DNA of 64,000 nucleotides, from assembly GCA_963745035.1 (NCBI GenBank), contig CAVUVW010000016.1, positions 96,001 to 160,000 on the forward strand, in the 5' to 3' direction. Position 1 is the stretch's first letter. Each line of letters starts with the position of its first letter. Shown here piece after piece: positions 48,255 to 57,531 of this stretch. A model generated the notes under the pieces. The model was not told the DNA's origin. It saw nothing but the letters and a program-made list of their open reading frames with translations, and ran no database searches. This DNA is from an uncultured delta proteobacterium (GTDB lineage: Bacteria; Desulfobacterota; Binatia; UBA9968). The translations under genes were made by a program, and so were the position numbers.

Positions 48255-49295
48255 ATGAGACTGTAAACTTGTAGCCGCATTGTGTGCGCTATTATTCGCC
48301 GCGCCGGCATTCGCTCAGGCGCCGTTTTACCAAGGCAAGACCATTACGATGATCGCGACGACTTCGCCGGGCGGGACCGGCGACCTGCGGGTCAAGGCAC
48401 TGATGCCCACCTTGCGCAAACATATCCCGGGAAATCCGACACTGATCATCGAGTACATGGAAGGCGGCGGCGGACGTAAAGGCGCCAATTATCTCTATCG
48501 GAATGTCAAGCCGGATGGCCTCACACTCGGCGCGTTTGGCGGCGCCGTTATCGCTTTGCAGGTCATGGGCGAAAGCGGCGTGTTGTACGATATCGACAAA
48601 TTCAGCTATTTCGGCTCGCCGGAGAGCACCAATCATTACACGATTTACAGTCGCAAGGAACTCGGATTGACCAGCCCGGAAAAATTGCGCAACGCCTCGG
48701 GCCTCCGCATCGGCGCGCAAGAGGTCGGCCACGTATCCTATATCGCCGGCCGACTATTTGCCTACTTCATAGGCTTCAAAGATCCCAAGTTCATCGCCGG
48801 TTACACCGCGCCAGAGGTTGACGCCGCCCTGGTGCGCGGGGAACTCGATGCCAGGGCCAACAATGCCGCGTCGGTGTTGCGCCGGAATCCGGATTGGTTC
48901 GACAAAGGCGTGATGAATTTTCATGCCATCCTGGAAGTGCCCAAAGGCGACAAGCATCCGAAGCTCGGCCACCTGCCGGAGATCGAAAGCTTCGCTAAGA
49001 TCGGAGAGAGAAAGAAGGCTGCTCACCATGTGGCGGGGCTTTAGAGTGGTCGGCTCGCCTTACATCGCACCGCCGGGAACGCCTAAAAACCGCATCGATA
49101 TTCTTCAGGAAGCATTTCGCAAGGCGCTCAAGGACCCGGAATTTCACCGCGACTTTACGAAATTGGTCGGCGAGGAACGCCGAGCCGCTGATGCCCGAGG
49201 AATTGACCCGAGTGATCCGCGAAATGCCGCGGGATGCCGAGGTAACGGACCTGCTGAAAACGCTCTCCGGCGCAGGCCCGCTGCCGGCGCGGTGA
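48255..49295 (+). CDS. TctC/Bug-family substrate-binding protein (about three apparent frameshifts)
   Basis: PFYQGKTIT, KHIPGNPT; pieces lie in ORFs 48280..49044 and 48923..49357 and a third frame ending GPLPAR. Confidence 0.75.
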
Positions 49296-49430
49296 AGGGC
49301 GGTGCGGCGAATAAAAAGACTCCACCGCCGAGTTCGCCGAGCTCGGAAATTTGTTGAGACAAATTCCTACTTGGCGTTCTCTGCGTCTCCGCGGTAATAA
49401 CATCTGCGGGAAATAGCCCCAAAAAAGTAC

Positions 49431-49459
49431 TTGCGTGAGAATATTGAACCCCATATAAG
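49431..49459 (+). promoter_or_regulatory. putative sigma70 promoter for tctA-tctB-tctC
   Basis: TTGCGT-N17-TATAAG about 100 bp upstream of ATG 49557. Confidence 0.45.
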
Positions 49460-49556
49460 AGCGCTGCGCCTTCAGGGTGGCACCAACAACGAAAGGAAAC
49501 TGAATCCTTGCTCCTGGCGATGAGGCAGAAAACAGCCGAGACAGGAGACCTTAATC

Positions 49557-51086
49557 ATGGAACCTTCTCTTTTTAGCGCGGCCGCCCAGGGCTTTTTGAA
49601 CCTGCTTCAGCTCAAGGTTTTCATGGCGATGTTGATCGGGGTCAGCATCGGCACCTTCACCGCCGTGGCGCCTCAGGGATTGGGCATGCCGCTGGTTTAT
49701 GCGATCGCTGCTGCCTGTCGTCATCAAGTGGGAGCCGCTTACCGGCATCGCCCTCCTTATCGGCGCCAGCTCGGTCAGCGCCATCTGCGCGGCCTACCTG
49801 CCGATCCTTTTCGGCATACCGGGCGGCTCGGGTTCCCAAGCGACGGTCCTCGACGGTTATCCAATGGGCAAGCGCGGCGAGGGACGGCGCGCGCTCGGCG
49901 CATCTTTCATGGCCGGCGGGCATGGGCGCTCTGATCGGCACCTTCACCCTGGCTGCCGCCATTCCGGCGGCGCGTCCGTTGATCTACCTGATGGGCTCGC
50001 CCGAGCTTTTCGTTGTCATGCTCTGGGGCTTGAGCATGGTCGCGGTGCTCGGCGGGTCGCCGGCCTATCAAAGGATTGATCGCCGCGGCATTCGGTCTGC
50101 TGCTCGCCACCGTCGGCCAGCAGGCGCAGAGCGGCGTGATGCGCTTTGTCTTCGACCAACCTTATCTGCTCGACGGTATTTCCATCAGCATCATCGCGCT
50201 GGCGCTGTTTGGCGTTCCCTCTGCCCTGGACCTGGCTCTCACCAAGCTCGGCGTCGAGCAGCAGCCGGTGCCGCTCAAAGGGAGCCTGTTGGACGGCGCC
50301 AAGGACGCGCTGCGCGAATGGTGGCTGGTGCTGCGCTGCAGCTTCGTCGGCGTCTGGGTGGGCATCGTTCCCGGGCTCGGCTCGCAGGTGGTCGACTGGC
50401 TCGCCTACGGCCACGCGGCGCAGACCGCTAAGGATGGACGGAGCCAACTTCGGCAAAGGCGACGTGCGCGGCGTAATCGCGCCGGAAAGCGCCAACGACG
50501 CCAAAGACGGCGGCGACCTGGTCACGACATTACTTCTGGGCTTTCCGCAGGGCGTGGTGACCGCGTTGTTTATCGTCGCGCTGCTCGCCTGGGGTTACTT
50601 GCCGGGCCCGGAAATGGTCAAAAAAAATCCCGAGCTGATCTACAGCATCGTTTGGCTCCAGGGCATCTCAGGCATCGTCGGCACGCTCGTCGGTTTCACT
50701 CTGGCCGGGCAACTCGCCAAGCTGGCCGAGGTCCGCTACACCTTCATGGTTCCCATCATGTTTATCTTCATCCTGATGGGAGCCTTCAGCGTCAACCGCG
50801 ATCCGGTCGATCTTGCTGGTCGTCGTCGCTTTCGGCGCGCTTGGGTTACTTCATGCGCCGCTACGGTTTTCCTCGGCCCGCGATGATTCTCGGCCTCGTA
50901 CTCGGCGACCTGATGGAAAAGTATCTCTACCGCTCGGTGGCGAGCTACGGTTTCTACCTGGCTGGCGCGCCCGGCCGTGATCGTGCTGTTCGCTGCTTGC
51001 CGCCGCTGTCATTATTCTTAACCATGCGCGGCCGAGCGAAGGCGAGTGCCAAGGCGAAGGGTGAGACTAGCGCCTGCTTCATTTAG
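49557..51086 (+). pseudogene. tctA: tripartite tricarboxylate transporter permease TctA, multiply frameshifted (pseudogene or sequencing error)
   Basis: Fragments ILFGIPG..ATVLDGYPM..RGEG.RALG, GIVPGLG, GVIAPESANDA and PAMILGLVLG are spread over at least six ORF pieces. Confidence 0.75.
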
Positions 51087-51109
51087 CGGCGCCATCGCGA
51101 GGTCGGAAG

Positions 51110-51584
51110 ATGAAAGCTGATTTTACGCTGTTTTTTCTGGTGGTCTTTGTCGGCGCCGCGCTCTCGGGTTGGGAGTGGCCGAATATCGCCAAGATCATGC
51201 CCGTGTACGTCGCCGCCATACCGGGATTAATTCTCGTCCTCATGCAACTCTACCGCGACGCCACCGGTTGGGAACGCAGCGGAACAGGCGCTTCGGCGGC
51301 ATCGACATGGACGAAGTCACCGACGTGCAGTTGGACAAGAAAACCGAGATCCAGCGCACCTTGACGTACTTTGCATGGTTCATCGGCGGCGCGGTCGGCA
51401 TCTGGCTTATTGGGATTGGTCATCGCTCTGCCGCTGCTGGTTTTTCTCTACGCGCTGATCGAAGGCAAGGAAAAATGGTTACGTCGCTCTGATCGCGGCG
51501 GCTTGCACTTACGCGCTCGTCTGGGGTCTGTTCGAATATATGCTCGAAACGCGCTGGCCGCCGGGTCTTCTTATCGACCGCTGA
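51110..51584 (+). CDS. TctB-like small permease subunit (frameshifted)
   Basis: Four hydrophobic segments split across three frames; lies between tctA and a tctC gene; ends LFEYML..RWPPG. Confidence 0.6.
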
Positions 51585-51614
51585 CAGCCGGTTAGAAATC
51601 CGCAGGAAGCCTGC

Positions 51615-52676
51615 ATGCGATCGCCAGGAATGCGCATTCTCGTAGTTTTCATTCGCGTCGCTGATGTTGTCTGCCTCACGAGCAGGCCTGCGCTGGCGCA
51701 AGCTCCCTACTTTCAAAACAAGACGATCAAAATCATCCGCGGCGGCGAACCCGGAGGCACTGGCGATCTGCAGGCGCGCGCGCTGATCCCCTTCTTGAAA
51801 AAGCATATTCCGGGCGATCCGACCATCGTCGTCGAAAACATGCCCGGCGCCGCCGGACGAAAGGCCGCGAATCATATCTTTTCCACCGCCAAGCCGGACG
51901 GCCTCTCGATCGGGGCGGTCGGCGCGGGCTTGGTTGCCGGACCGATCCTTGGCCTCTCCGGCTCCCAGTACGACCTCGATAAGCTGATCTATCTTGGCTC
52001 GACCGAAAGCGGCGATCCCTACGCCTTCGTCAGCCGCAAAGAGTCAGGTCTGGACAGTTTGGAAAAACTCCGCGCCGCGACCGGCCTGCGCCTCGGCGCG
52101 CAAGCTGTCGGGCACCCGATCTACGTGAGCGGCCGGCTCTTCGCTTACCTGCTCGGTTTGAAAGAACCCAAGATGGTCGTCGGCTACGGCGGCCTCGAGC
52201 TCGATGTCGCTCTCGAAAGAGGAGAGGTGGATGTGCGCGCGAACGGCGCGGATACCATCGTTCAACGCCATCCCGGCGGCGAGTACAAAAACTTTTTGGT
52301 TTTTCACGCCTCGATTTCGATCCCAAAGGGAAATCTTCCTCCGAGCCTGCCAAAGAGTCCCGAATTGGAGACTTTCGCAAAGAATGATCGTGAGCGCCAG
52401 CTGATCAACCTGTTTCGCACTTTTCTCTATCCACGCTGGCCTTACATCATCTCTCCCGGCACGCCAAAGGAGATCGTCGCGATATTGCGCGGCGCGATGA
52501 CTAAGGCGTTCAAGGACGCGGGGTTTCACGCCGAGTTCAAGAAATTGATGACGACCAGTCCAACGCCGCTCACCGGCGAGCAAGTGGAAACCGCGATCCG
52601 TGAGCTGCCGCGCGACCCTGATATTGTAAGTCTGTACAAGAAAATGGCCGAAGAAGGGGCGCTGCCGGCGCGTTAA
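51615..52676 (+). CDS. TctC/Bug-family substrate-binding protein
   Basis: PYFQNKTIKII, KHIPGDPT, ENMPGAAG, PGTPK, GALPAR. Confidence 0.85.
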   Translation: MRSPGMRILVVFIRVADVVCLTSRPALAQAPYFQNKTIKIIRGGEPGGTGDLQARALIPFLKKHIPGDPTIVVENMPGAAGRKAANHIFSTAKPDGLSIGAVGAGLVAGPILGLSGSQYDLDKLIYLGSTESGDPYAFVSRKESGLDSLEKLRAATGLRLGAQAVGHPIYVSGRLFAYLLGLKEPKMVVGYGGLELDVALERGEVDVRANGADTIVQRHPGGEYKNFLVFHASISIPKGNLPPSLPKSPELETFAKNDRERQLINLFRTFLYPRWPYIISPGTPKEIVAILRGAMTKAFKDAGFHAEFKKLMTTSPTPLTGEQVETAIRELPRDPDIVSLYKKMAEEGALPAR

Positions 52677-52685
52677 AAAAGGCGA

Positions 52686-52737
52686 GGTTCAAGTCGTTCA
52701 AAACGTTCAAGCCGTTCAAAACGATCAAACCCCCTCC
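52686..52737 (+). repeat. 9-bp-period GTTCAA array abutting the IS481 end
   Basis: gttcaagtc gttcaaaac gttcaagcc gttcaaaac gatcaaacc. Confidence 0.7.
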
Positions 52738-54045
52738 TGTTCAAGCCGGGGATCATTTACGTTTTGAACCGGGCGCATGGTTTACAGTTTTTTAGAGTTA
52801 GTTCCGTGCCAGGTTTTGCGCTGGCATAATCTTTTTTGCATGTTGATCGAGAATACCCAGCAGATGAAAACTATAACGGACTTCCCACTGCTCGGGTCCG
52901 ACCTGCTTCAGTCCAACCGGCTCGTGTGCCAGGACTTCAGAGACATAAAGGAGATCGCCGTGCCACTTGATCTCGCCGTTGTGTCGCACTCGTCTAACGG
53001 TCATGCCCGGACTGTATTGTACGGGCGGGAGTTTGTCGGGATAGCGCCGTGGGGAGCTAAGATAAACACTGCCCGGGGTCTTTCGTCCCAAGGCCTCATG
53101 GGAACGCTGGCCGTTATACTGCTTTACGAAAAAGTCAAATGCGCGCTGTTGTCGACTGTAGGTTGGCTGAGGCGCAACATCGTGCTTAAGCGTTCGATGC
53201 ATCCGTTCATGGCGCCCGTTCTGGCTTGGCTTACCCGGCTTGATCCGTTCAGGACGGATGCCAAGCTGGATCCACCACTTCGACAACTCGCTGACACCGC
53301 CCACACAGAGCGAGGCAAACGGTGCTCCGTTGTCGGTACGAATGGCCCGGAGCAGTCCGTATTGTCGAAAGGCTCTTTCAAACCACGGCCGAACCACCCG
53401 ATAGCTGTGCTGCCCCAAGGCTTGGCACATCAACAGATAACGAGAGAAATTGTCGGTCAACGTAAGCGGGTAACAGCGCTGACCATTCCCCAAGAGAAAG
53501 TCTCCCTTGAAGTCCGCACTCCAGATCTGATTCGGTCCATGGCAGTCGCTAAACGGTTCACTGTACGGTACCACGTGGCGCCGACGTACACGGCGGTTGA
53601 CCAGCCCGGCACGCTTGAGGATCGCACCGGCTGCAGAGTCCGCAGGCCAGGTCAACTTAGGTTTTTTCTCACCCAAATAATCCAAAACCTTTTTCGGACC
53701 CCAGCTCGGATGGCTAAGCTTGATGGCAATAATCATCTCGCGGATTTCCTCAGGGGTCTCATTGCGATGACGGTGCGCCGCGCGCGAGCGCTCCTCGAGC
53801 GCCTCAACTCCACCGTCTTGGTAGCGCTTAATCCATTTGTCAGCCGTGGGACGGCTAATTCCATAGGCTCTGCACAATTCAATCTTACTGTATTCCTTAC
53901 TCAGCCAGTCAGCGATAAATTTAACTCGTTGATCCATGGCACTGGTCTGTTCCCAAGGCATTGGCAAGCTCCTCCTTGCCTCTGCCTCTTAAACTGTAAA
54001 CCATGTGCCCGGTTTGTTTTGTAAATGATGCTACCGGTTTGTACC
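52738..54045 (-). mobile_element. IS481-family insertion sequence
   Basis: Inner inverted repeats aaccgggcgcatggtttacagttt (52767-52790) and aaactgtaaaccatgtgcccggtt (53991-54014) match at 23 of 24 positions. An outer repeat unit begins TGT at 52738 and ends ccggtttgtacc at 54045. No clear target-site duplication. Confidence 0.85.
52798..53961 (-). CDS. IS481-family DDE transposase
   Basis: MPW..., HTH (ELCRAYGISRPTADKW), WSADFKG, IRTDNGAPF, QNGRHERMHRTLK. Confidence 0.92.
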   Translation of the reverse strand: MPWEQTSAMDQRVKFIADWLSKEYSKIELCRAYGISRPTADKWIKRYQDGGVEALEERSRAAHRHRNETPEEIREMIIAIKLSHPSWGPKKVLDYLGEKKPKLTWPADSAAGAILKRAGLVNRRVRRRHVVPYSEPFSDCHGPNQIWSADFKGDFLLGNGQRCYPLTLTDNFSRYLLMCQALGQHSYRVVRPWFERAFRQYGLLRAIRTDNGAPFASLCVGGVSELSKWWIQLGIRPERIKPGKPSQNGRHERMHRTLKHDVAPQPTYSRQQRAFDFFVKQYNGQRSHEALGRKTPGSVYLSSPRRYPDKLPPVQYSPGMTVRRVRHNGEIKWHGDLLYVSEVLAHEPVGLKQVGPEQWEVRYSFHLLGILDQHAKKIMPAQNLARN

Positions 54046-55047
54046 AAGCTCTCCATCCTCCTCCGTCGAGGGGGAGGAAAGACGCTTCGAGCAGCCGTCA
54101 AGTTTGTTCCGACTTGGTTCTTGTTCTTTGTTGTTGCTGCCCAAGCTGCGGAAGCGCCCAAGGAACGAGTTGCTATTGCTTACGCCGCTATCAGTCCCAG
54201 CATGTCCGGTATTTGGATGGCGAAGGAAATCGGCGCGTTCGAGCGCAACGGTTTGACCGCCGATCTTGTCCATATCAGCTCGGGCGCCACCTCGATTCAA
54301 GCGCTGGTGGGCGGCAGTGTTCAAGCGGCCTTGGGCGCGAGCAATGCGGTGGTCGCCGCTACGGTGAAAGGAGCGCCGATCATCGCGGTCGCGAGCAATA
54401 CGAGCCGTCCCGGCATGCAGCTCTGGGTGCAGCCGGAAATTCAGCGGGCTGAACAGTTGCAGGGCAAGACGCTGGCGATTACCCGCTTCGGCTCGACCAG
54501 CGATTTCGTAACTCGATTGGTTTTGCGGAAGCTGCATCTCGAAGGCAAGACCGAGCTGCGTCAATTTGGCGGGGTGGTGGAGGCCGATATCGGTTTTCGC
54601 GCGCGCCAGGCCGAGGGCCGCGTTTCATCGCAAGCGCCCGGCCCGCAGGCGAAGATGCTCGTCGATGCGGCGGAGTTAGGCATTCCGTTCTCGATGAATC
54701 TGCTGGGCGTGAGCAACGACTATTTGCAAAAATCGCCGAAGTCGGTGGAGGCGATTGTCAGGGCCTACATCGAGGGCATCGCCGCGCTCAAGACGAGAAA
54801 ACCCCAGGCGCTCAAGCTGCTCGAGAAATATATGGGACAGCGCGGTGGCAGCTCGGAGCTTCATTACGAATTTGTCAGCAAGTATTTGGACTCTGTGCCG
54901 CGCGTCGATCCCGCCGCGGTGGACACCGTGCTCGAAATGGTCGGCTCGAAAGGCGCGTCGAAAGCCAAGCTCTTCGACAATTCCATCGTCGACCGGTTGG
55001 CGCAGGAAGGTTTCATCGACAAGCTATACAAAGGAACAAAGCCATGA
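54025..55047 (+). CDS. ABC substrate-binding protein, SsuA/NMT1 type (start uncertain)
   Basis: IWMAKEIGAFERNGL, EQLQGKTLAITRFGS, EGFIDKLYK. The first ATG lies inside the IS end; TTG 54121 is an alternative start. Confidence 0.85.
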   Translation: MMLPVCTKLSILLRRGGGKTLRAAVKFVPTWFLFFVVAAQAAEAPKERVAIAYAAISPSMSGIWMAKEIGAFERNGLTADLVHISSGATSIQALVGGSVQAALGASNAVVAATVKGAPIIAVASNTSRPGMQLWVQPEIQRAEQLQGKTLAITRFGSTSDFVTRLVLRKLHLEGKTELRQFGGVVEADIGFRARQAEGRVSSQAPGPQAKMLVDAAELGIPFSMNLLGVSNDYLQKSPKSVEAIVRAYIEGIAALKTRKPQALKLLEKYMGQRGGSSELHYEFVSKYLDSVPRVDPAAVDTVLEMVGSKGASKAKLFDNSIVDRLAQEGFIDKLYKGTKP

Positions 55048-55754
55048 CCGAGAGCCAATGGCATGAATGTTTGGGTGAATTGGTGCGCGATTATATCCGC
55101 TCGCCCGAGCTGGAGTATTACTTTTCGATCAAGATGAGCGAGCCCAGGGCTGCGGTCATGGTTAAACAGCAGAGCCTCTTCGTGCGCCATCGGCGCGATT
55201 GCTGGGCGCATGTCTCGGCGAATTGTCCGGTATTGGGCGTCAAGCAAAGAATTTTGGAGCATGAGTACGATGAAATCATCCGGGACGATTTTTCCGAATA
55301 CGGCCATCTTCATCTGCTCATTCGCCAGGGAAAATCGGTGGGGCTGGAGCCGGAGGAAATTATCAATGCCGAACCGCTGCCGGAAACCCTGACTACGCTT
55401 TACGCCTGGTCATGGATGACCAGCGAGCTGCCTTGGACCGAATCGCTGGCCGGAATGACCATCACAGAATGGTGCAATGACGATCGTTTGCTCGCCGATC
55501 TGGGCGGCGGCCAATCGACGCGCATGGCGAAAAAATGGATGGAGGACATGGGATTTAGCTGGAAGCAGATTCCCAATCTCGAGGCGCATAGCCAGGCCGA
55601 CGAGAAACACAGCGATATGTTTTTGCCTTTTCTCGCCGAGCATGCAACGGGTGGAAAAGAAGCGCCGGCGATACAAGCGGCGAAGGATTCGCTGGCGTTC
55701 AATGCCATGTATCGCAAAGGCATAGCGCTGGCGCAGGAGAAAATACCGCTATGA
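55044..55754 (+). CDS. heme-oxygenase-like diiron enzyme, paralog 4
   Basis: RHRRDCW, HEYDE-x10-H, TEW, HSQADEKH; ATGA overlaps with both neighbours. Confidence 0.8.
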   Translation: MTESQWHECLGELVRDYIRSPELEYYFSIKMSEPRAAVMVKQQSLFVRHRRDCWAHVSANCPVLGVKQRILEHEYDEIIRDDFSEYGHLHLLIRQGKSVGLEPEEIINAEPLPETLTTLYAWSWMTSELPWTESLAGMTITEWCNDDRLLADLGGGQSTRMAKKWMEDMGFSWKQIPNLEAHSQADEKHSDMFLPFLAEHATGGKEAPAIQAAKDSLAFNAMYRKGIALAQEKIPL

Positions 55755-56776
55755 GATCTCTCGAAGCGCTGCGCGTTGAAATAGCTCGGGCGACCTTTCT
55801 CGCTGCGCTGCTTTTCAGCTCAATCGCGGTCGCTGCCGATCCGAAAGTCATCGAAGCTGCGAAGAAAGAGGGCGAGCTCGGCTGGTGGACCACCATCGCC
55901 CAGGACCAGTCGCAGAAAATCGTCGAAGAGTTCATGAAGGTTTACCCCTTCATCAAAGCCAGTTACTGGCGCAGCGGCAGCGTCGGGATACACAACAAGG
56001 TCTTGATCGAAGCCCGAGCGGGCCGGCCGAGCTGGGATGTCCTGTCACAAACCACGCCGGAATTTATCGACGAGCTCAAGAAAAAGGGAGTGATTGCGCC
56101 GTACCACTCGCCCGAGCGGCGCCACTTCAGCGACGATTTAAAGGACAAGGATGGCTACTGGACGGGAAGCTATGCCCTGCCTACAGGTCTGGGGTTCAAT
56201 ACGCAGCAGGTCAAACGCGAGGAGGCGCCCAAGAACTACCAGGAGTTGCTTCACCCCAAGTGGAAAGGAAAGAAAATCTCCGTCGATGACGAGAGCTATG
56301 AATTTCTCGTCGGCTTGATGCAAGCATGGGGACGCGGTTCGGCGGTAGAATATTTCAAGAAACTGGCCGCGCAGGAGCCGATGATCGGACGCGGCAACAG
56401 TCAGAGAACGCAGCTCTTGGCTGCCGGAGAGTTTCCGCTCGCGATTGCTTATACCCACACGATCGAGTACGCCAAAGCACAGGGAAACTCGGTGGATTGG
56501 GTGAATCTCGAGCCCGTGGTCATCAAATTCGACGGCATCATGCTGGGGGCCAAAGCGGCTCATCCGAACGCCGCGAAACTGTTTATCGATTTCATGCTCT
56601 CCCAGCAGGGACAGAGGCTCTTGCAGAGCTTCAGCCGTGTAACCTTGCGCGAGGGAACGGAGCCAAATCCGCCGCGACTGATCAAAGGATTCAAACGCGT
56701 CGTGCTTCATCCCGAGAAGGCGCAGGACGCCAAGGAGAGCTTGAGGCTCTATCGCGAGATTTTCGGATTACCGTAA
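55751..56776 (+). CDS. ABC substrate-binding protein, AfuA/iron-thiamine type
   Basis: EAAKKEGEL.WWTT, LLHPKWKGK, HPNAAKLFIDF. Confidence 0.87.
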   Translation: MRSLEALRVEIARATFLAALLFSSIAVAADPKVIEAAKKEGELGWWTTIAQDQSQKIVEEFMKVYPFIKASYWRSGSVGIHNKVLIEARAGRPSWDVLSQTTPEFIDELKKKGVIAPYHSPERRHFSDDLKDKDGYWTGSYALPTGLGFNTQQVKREEAPKNYQELLHPKWKGKKISVDDESYEFLVGLMQAWGRGSAVEYFKKLAAQEPMIGRGNSQRTQLLAAGEFPLAIAYTHTIEYAKAQGNSVDWVNLEPVVIKFDGIMLGAKAAHPNAAKLFIDFMLSQQGQRLLQSFSRVTLREGTEPNPPRLIKGFKRVVLHPEKAQDAKESLRLYREIFGLP

Positions 56777-56811
56777 GCGATGTAGTTCAAAGTGAACCAT
56801 AGGAGGGTCGT

Positions 56812-57510
56812 ATGATTCTTTGGCCGAAGGTAAGAGAAGAATTGAACGTTATAGTGAACCGCCATTTCGAAACGCCGGAGTACAAGCAGCTATTTTCCGT
56901 GCGGCTGACCCCGGCGCGGCAAAAAATTTGGGATTTGCACTATCCGCACTACATCAAAAGCCGGCGCGATTGCTGGGGAGCGGCCGCGGTGAATGCGCCG
57001 CTCGATGTAAAGCGCGCTATTTGGGAGCATGAAAAGGACGAGTTGATCTTCGATCCGCGCATGGGATCGGCGCATTTGACCGACGAACAGATGGCGGAAG
57101 CTGCGGCGGAATCCAACTTACTTCCCGGAGCGAGGGCGGCGATCATGGCATGGATGTATTTGTCGACGACTCGGCCGTGGATAGAAGCGCTGACGGTCAA
57201 TCACATCACGGAAAGAAAAAACAATCCCGCGATCGTCAAGGGCGGTGGTTTTACGGCTCGCTTCGCGCACAAGCGCGTCGCCGATCAGGGTGGAACGATC
57301 GAAGGCCTGGATATCAACACAAAAGTGCATATGGTGGCAGACGAAGACCACTCCGATATGTTCGAGCCGATTTACGATCGCCACATCACGGACGAACGAA
57401 CCGCCCAAGCCGTGATTCGCGCCGCGCTCGACAGTCTCGCGGTAGATCGCGCCTACCGCAGCGCGTTGGCAACCGCGATGGCGCAGATGGCGGAGTCTGC
57501 GGCGGCGTAG
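56812..57510 (+). CDS. heme-oxygenase-like diiron enzyme, divergent paralog 5
   Basis: SRRDCW, HEKDE-x10-H, ITE, HMVADEDH; RBS AGGAGG. Confidence 0.75.
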   Translation: MILWPKVREELNVIVNRHFETPEYKQLFSVRLTPARQKIWDLHYPHYIKSRRDCWGAAAVNAPLDVKRAIWEHEKDELIFDPRMGSAHLTDEQMAEAAAESNLLPGARAAIMAWMYLSTTRPWIEALTVNHITERKNNPAIVKGGGFTARFAHKRVADQGGTIEGLDINTKVHMVADEDHSDMFEPIYDRHITDERTAQAVIRAALDSLAVDRAYRSALATAMAQMAESAAA

Positions 57511-57531
57511 CGCGCGAAGCGCGCGTTTTTC

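Noticed and set aside
52777-54024. 415-aa plus-strand ORF inside the IS
   Set aside because: It is antisense to the DDE transposase and has no independent motifs.
44102-57510. Calling the HDO paralogs TenA (thiaminase II) or PqqC
   Set aside because: Adjacent NMT1/THI5-like SBPs make TenA tempting, but TenA and PqqC are not diiron enzymes, whereas all five ORFs keep a CADD-like ligand set. No thi or pqq genes are present.
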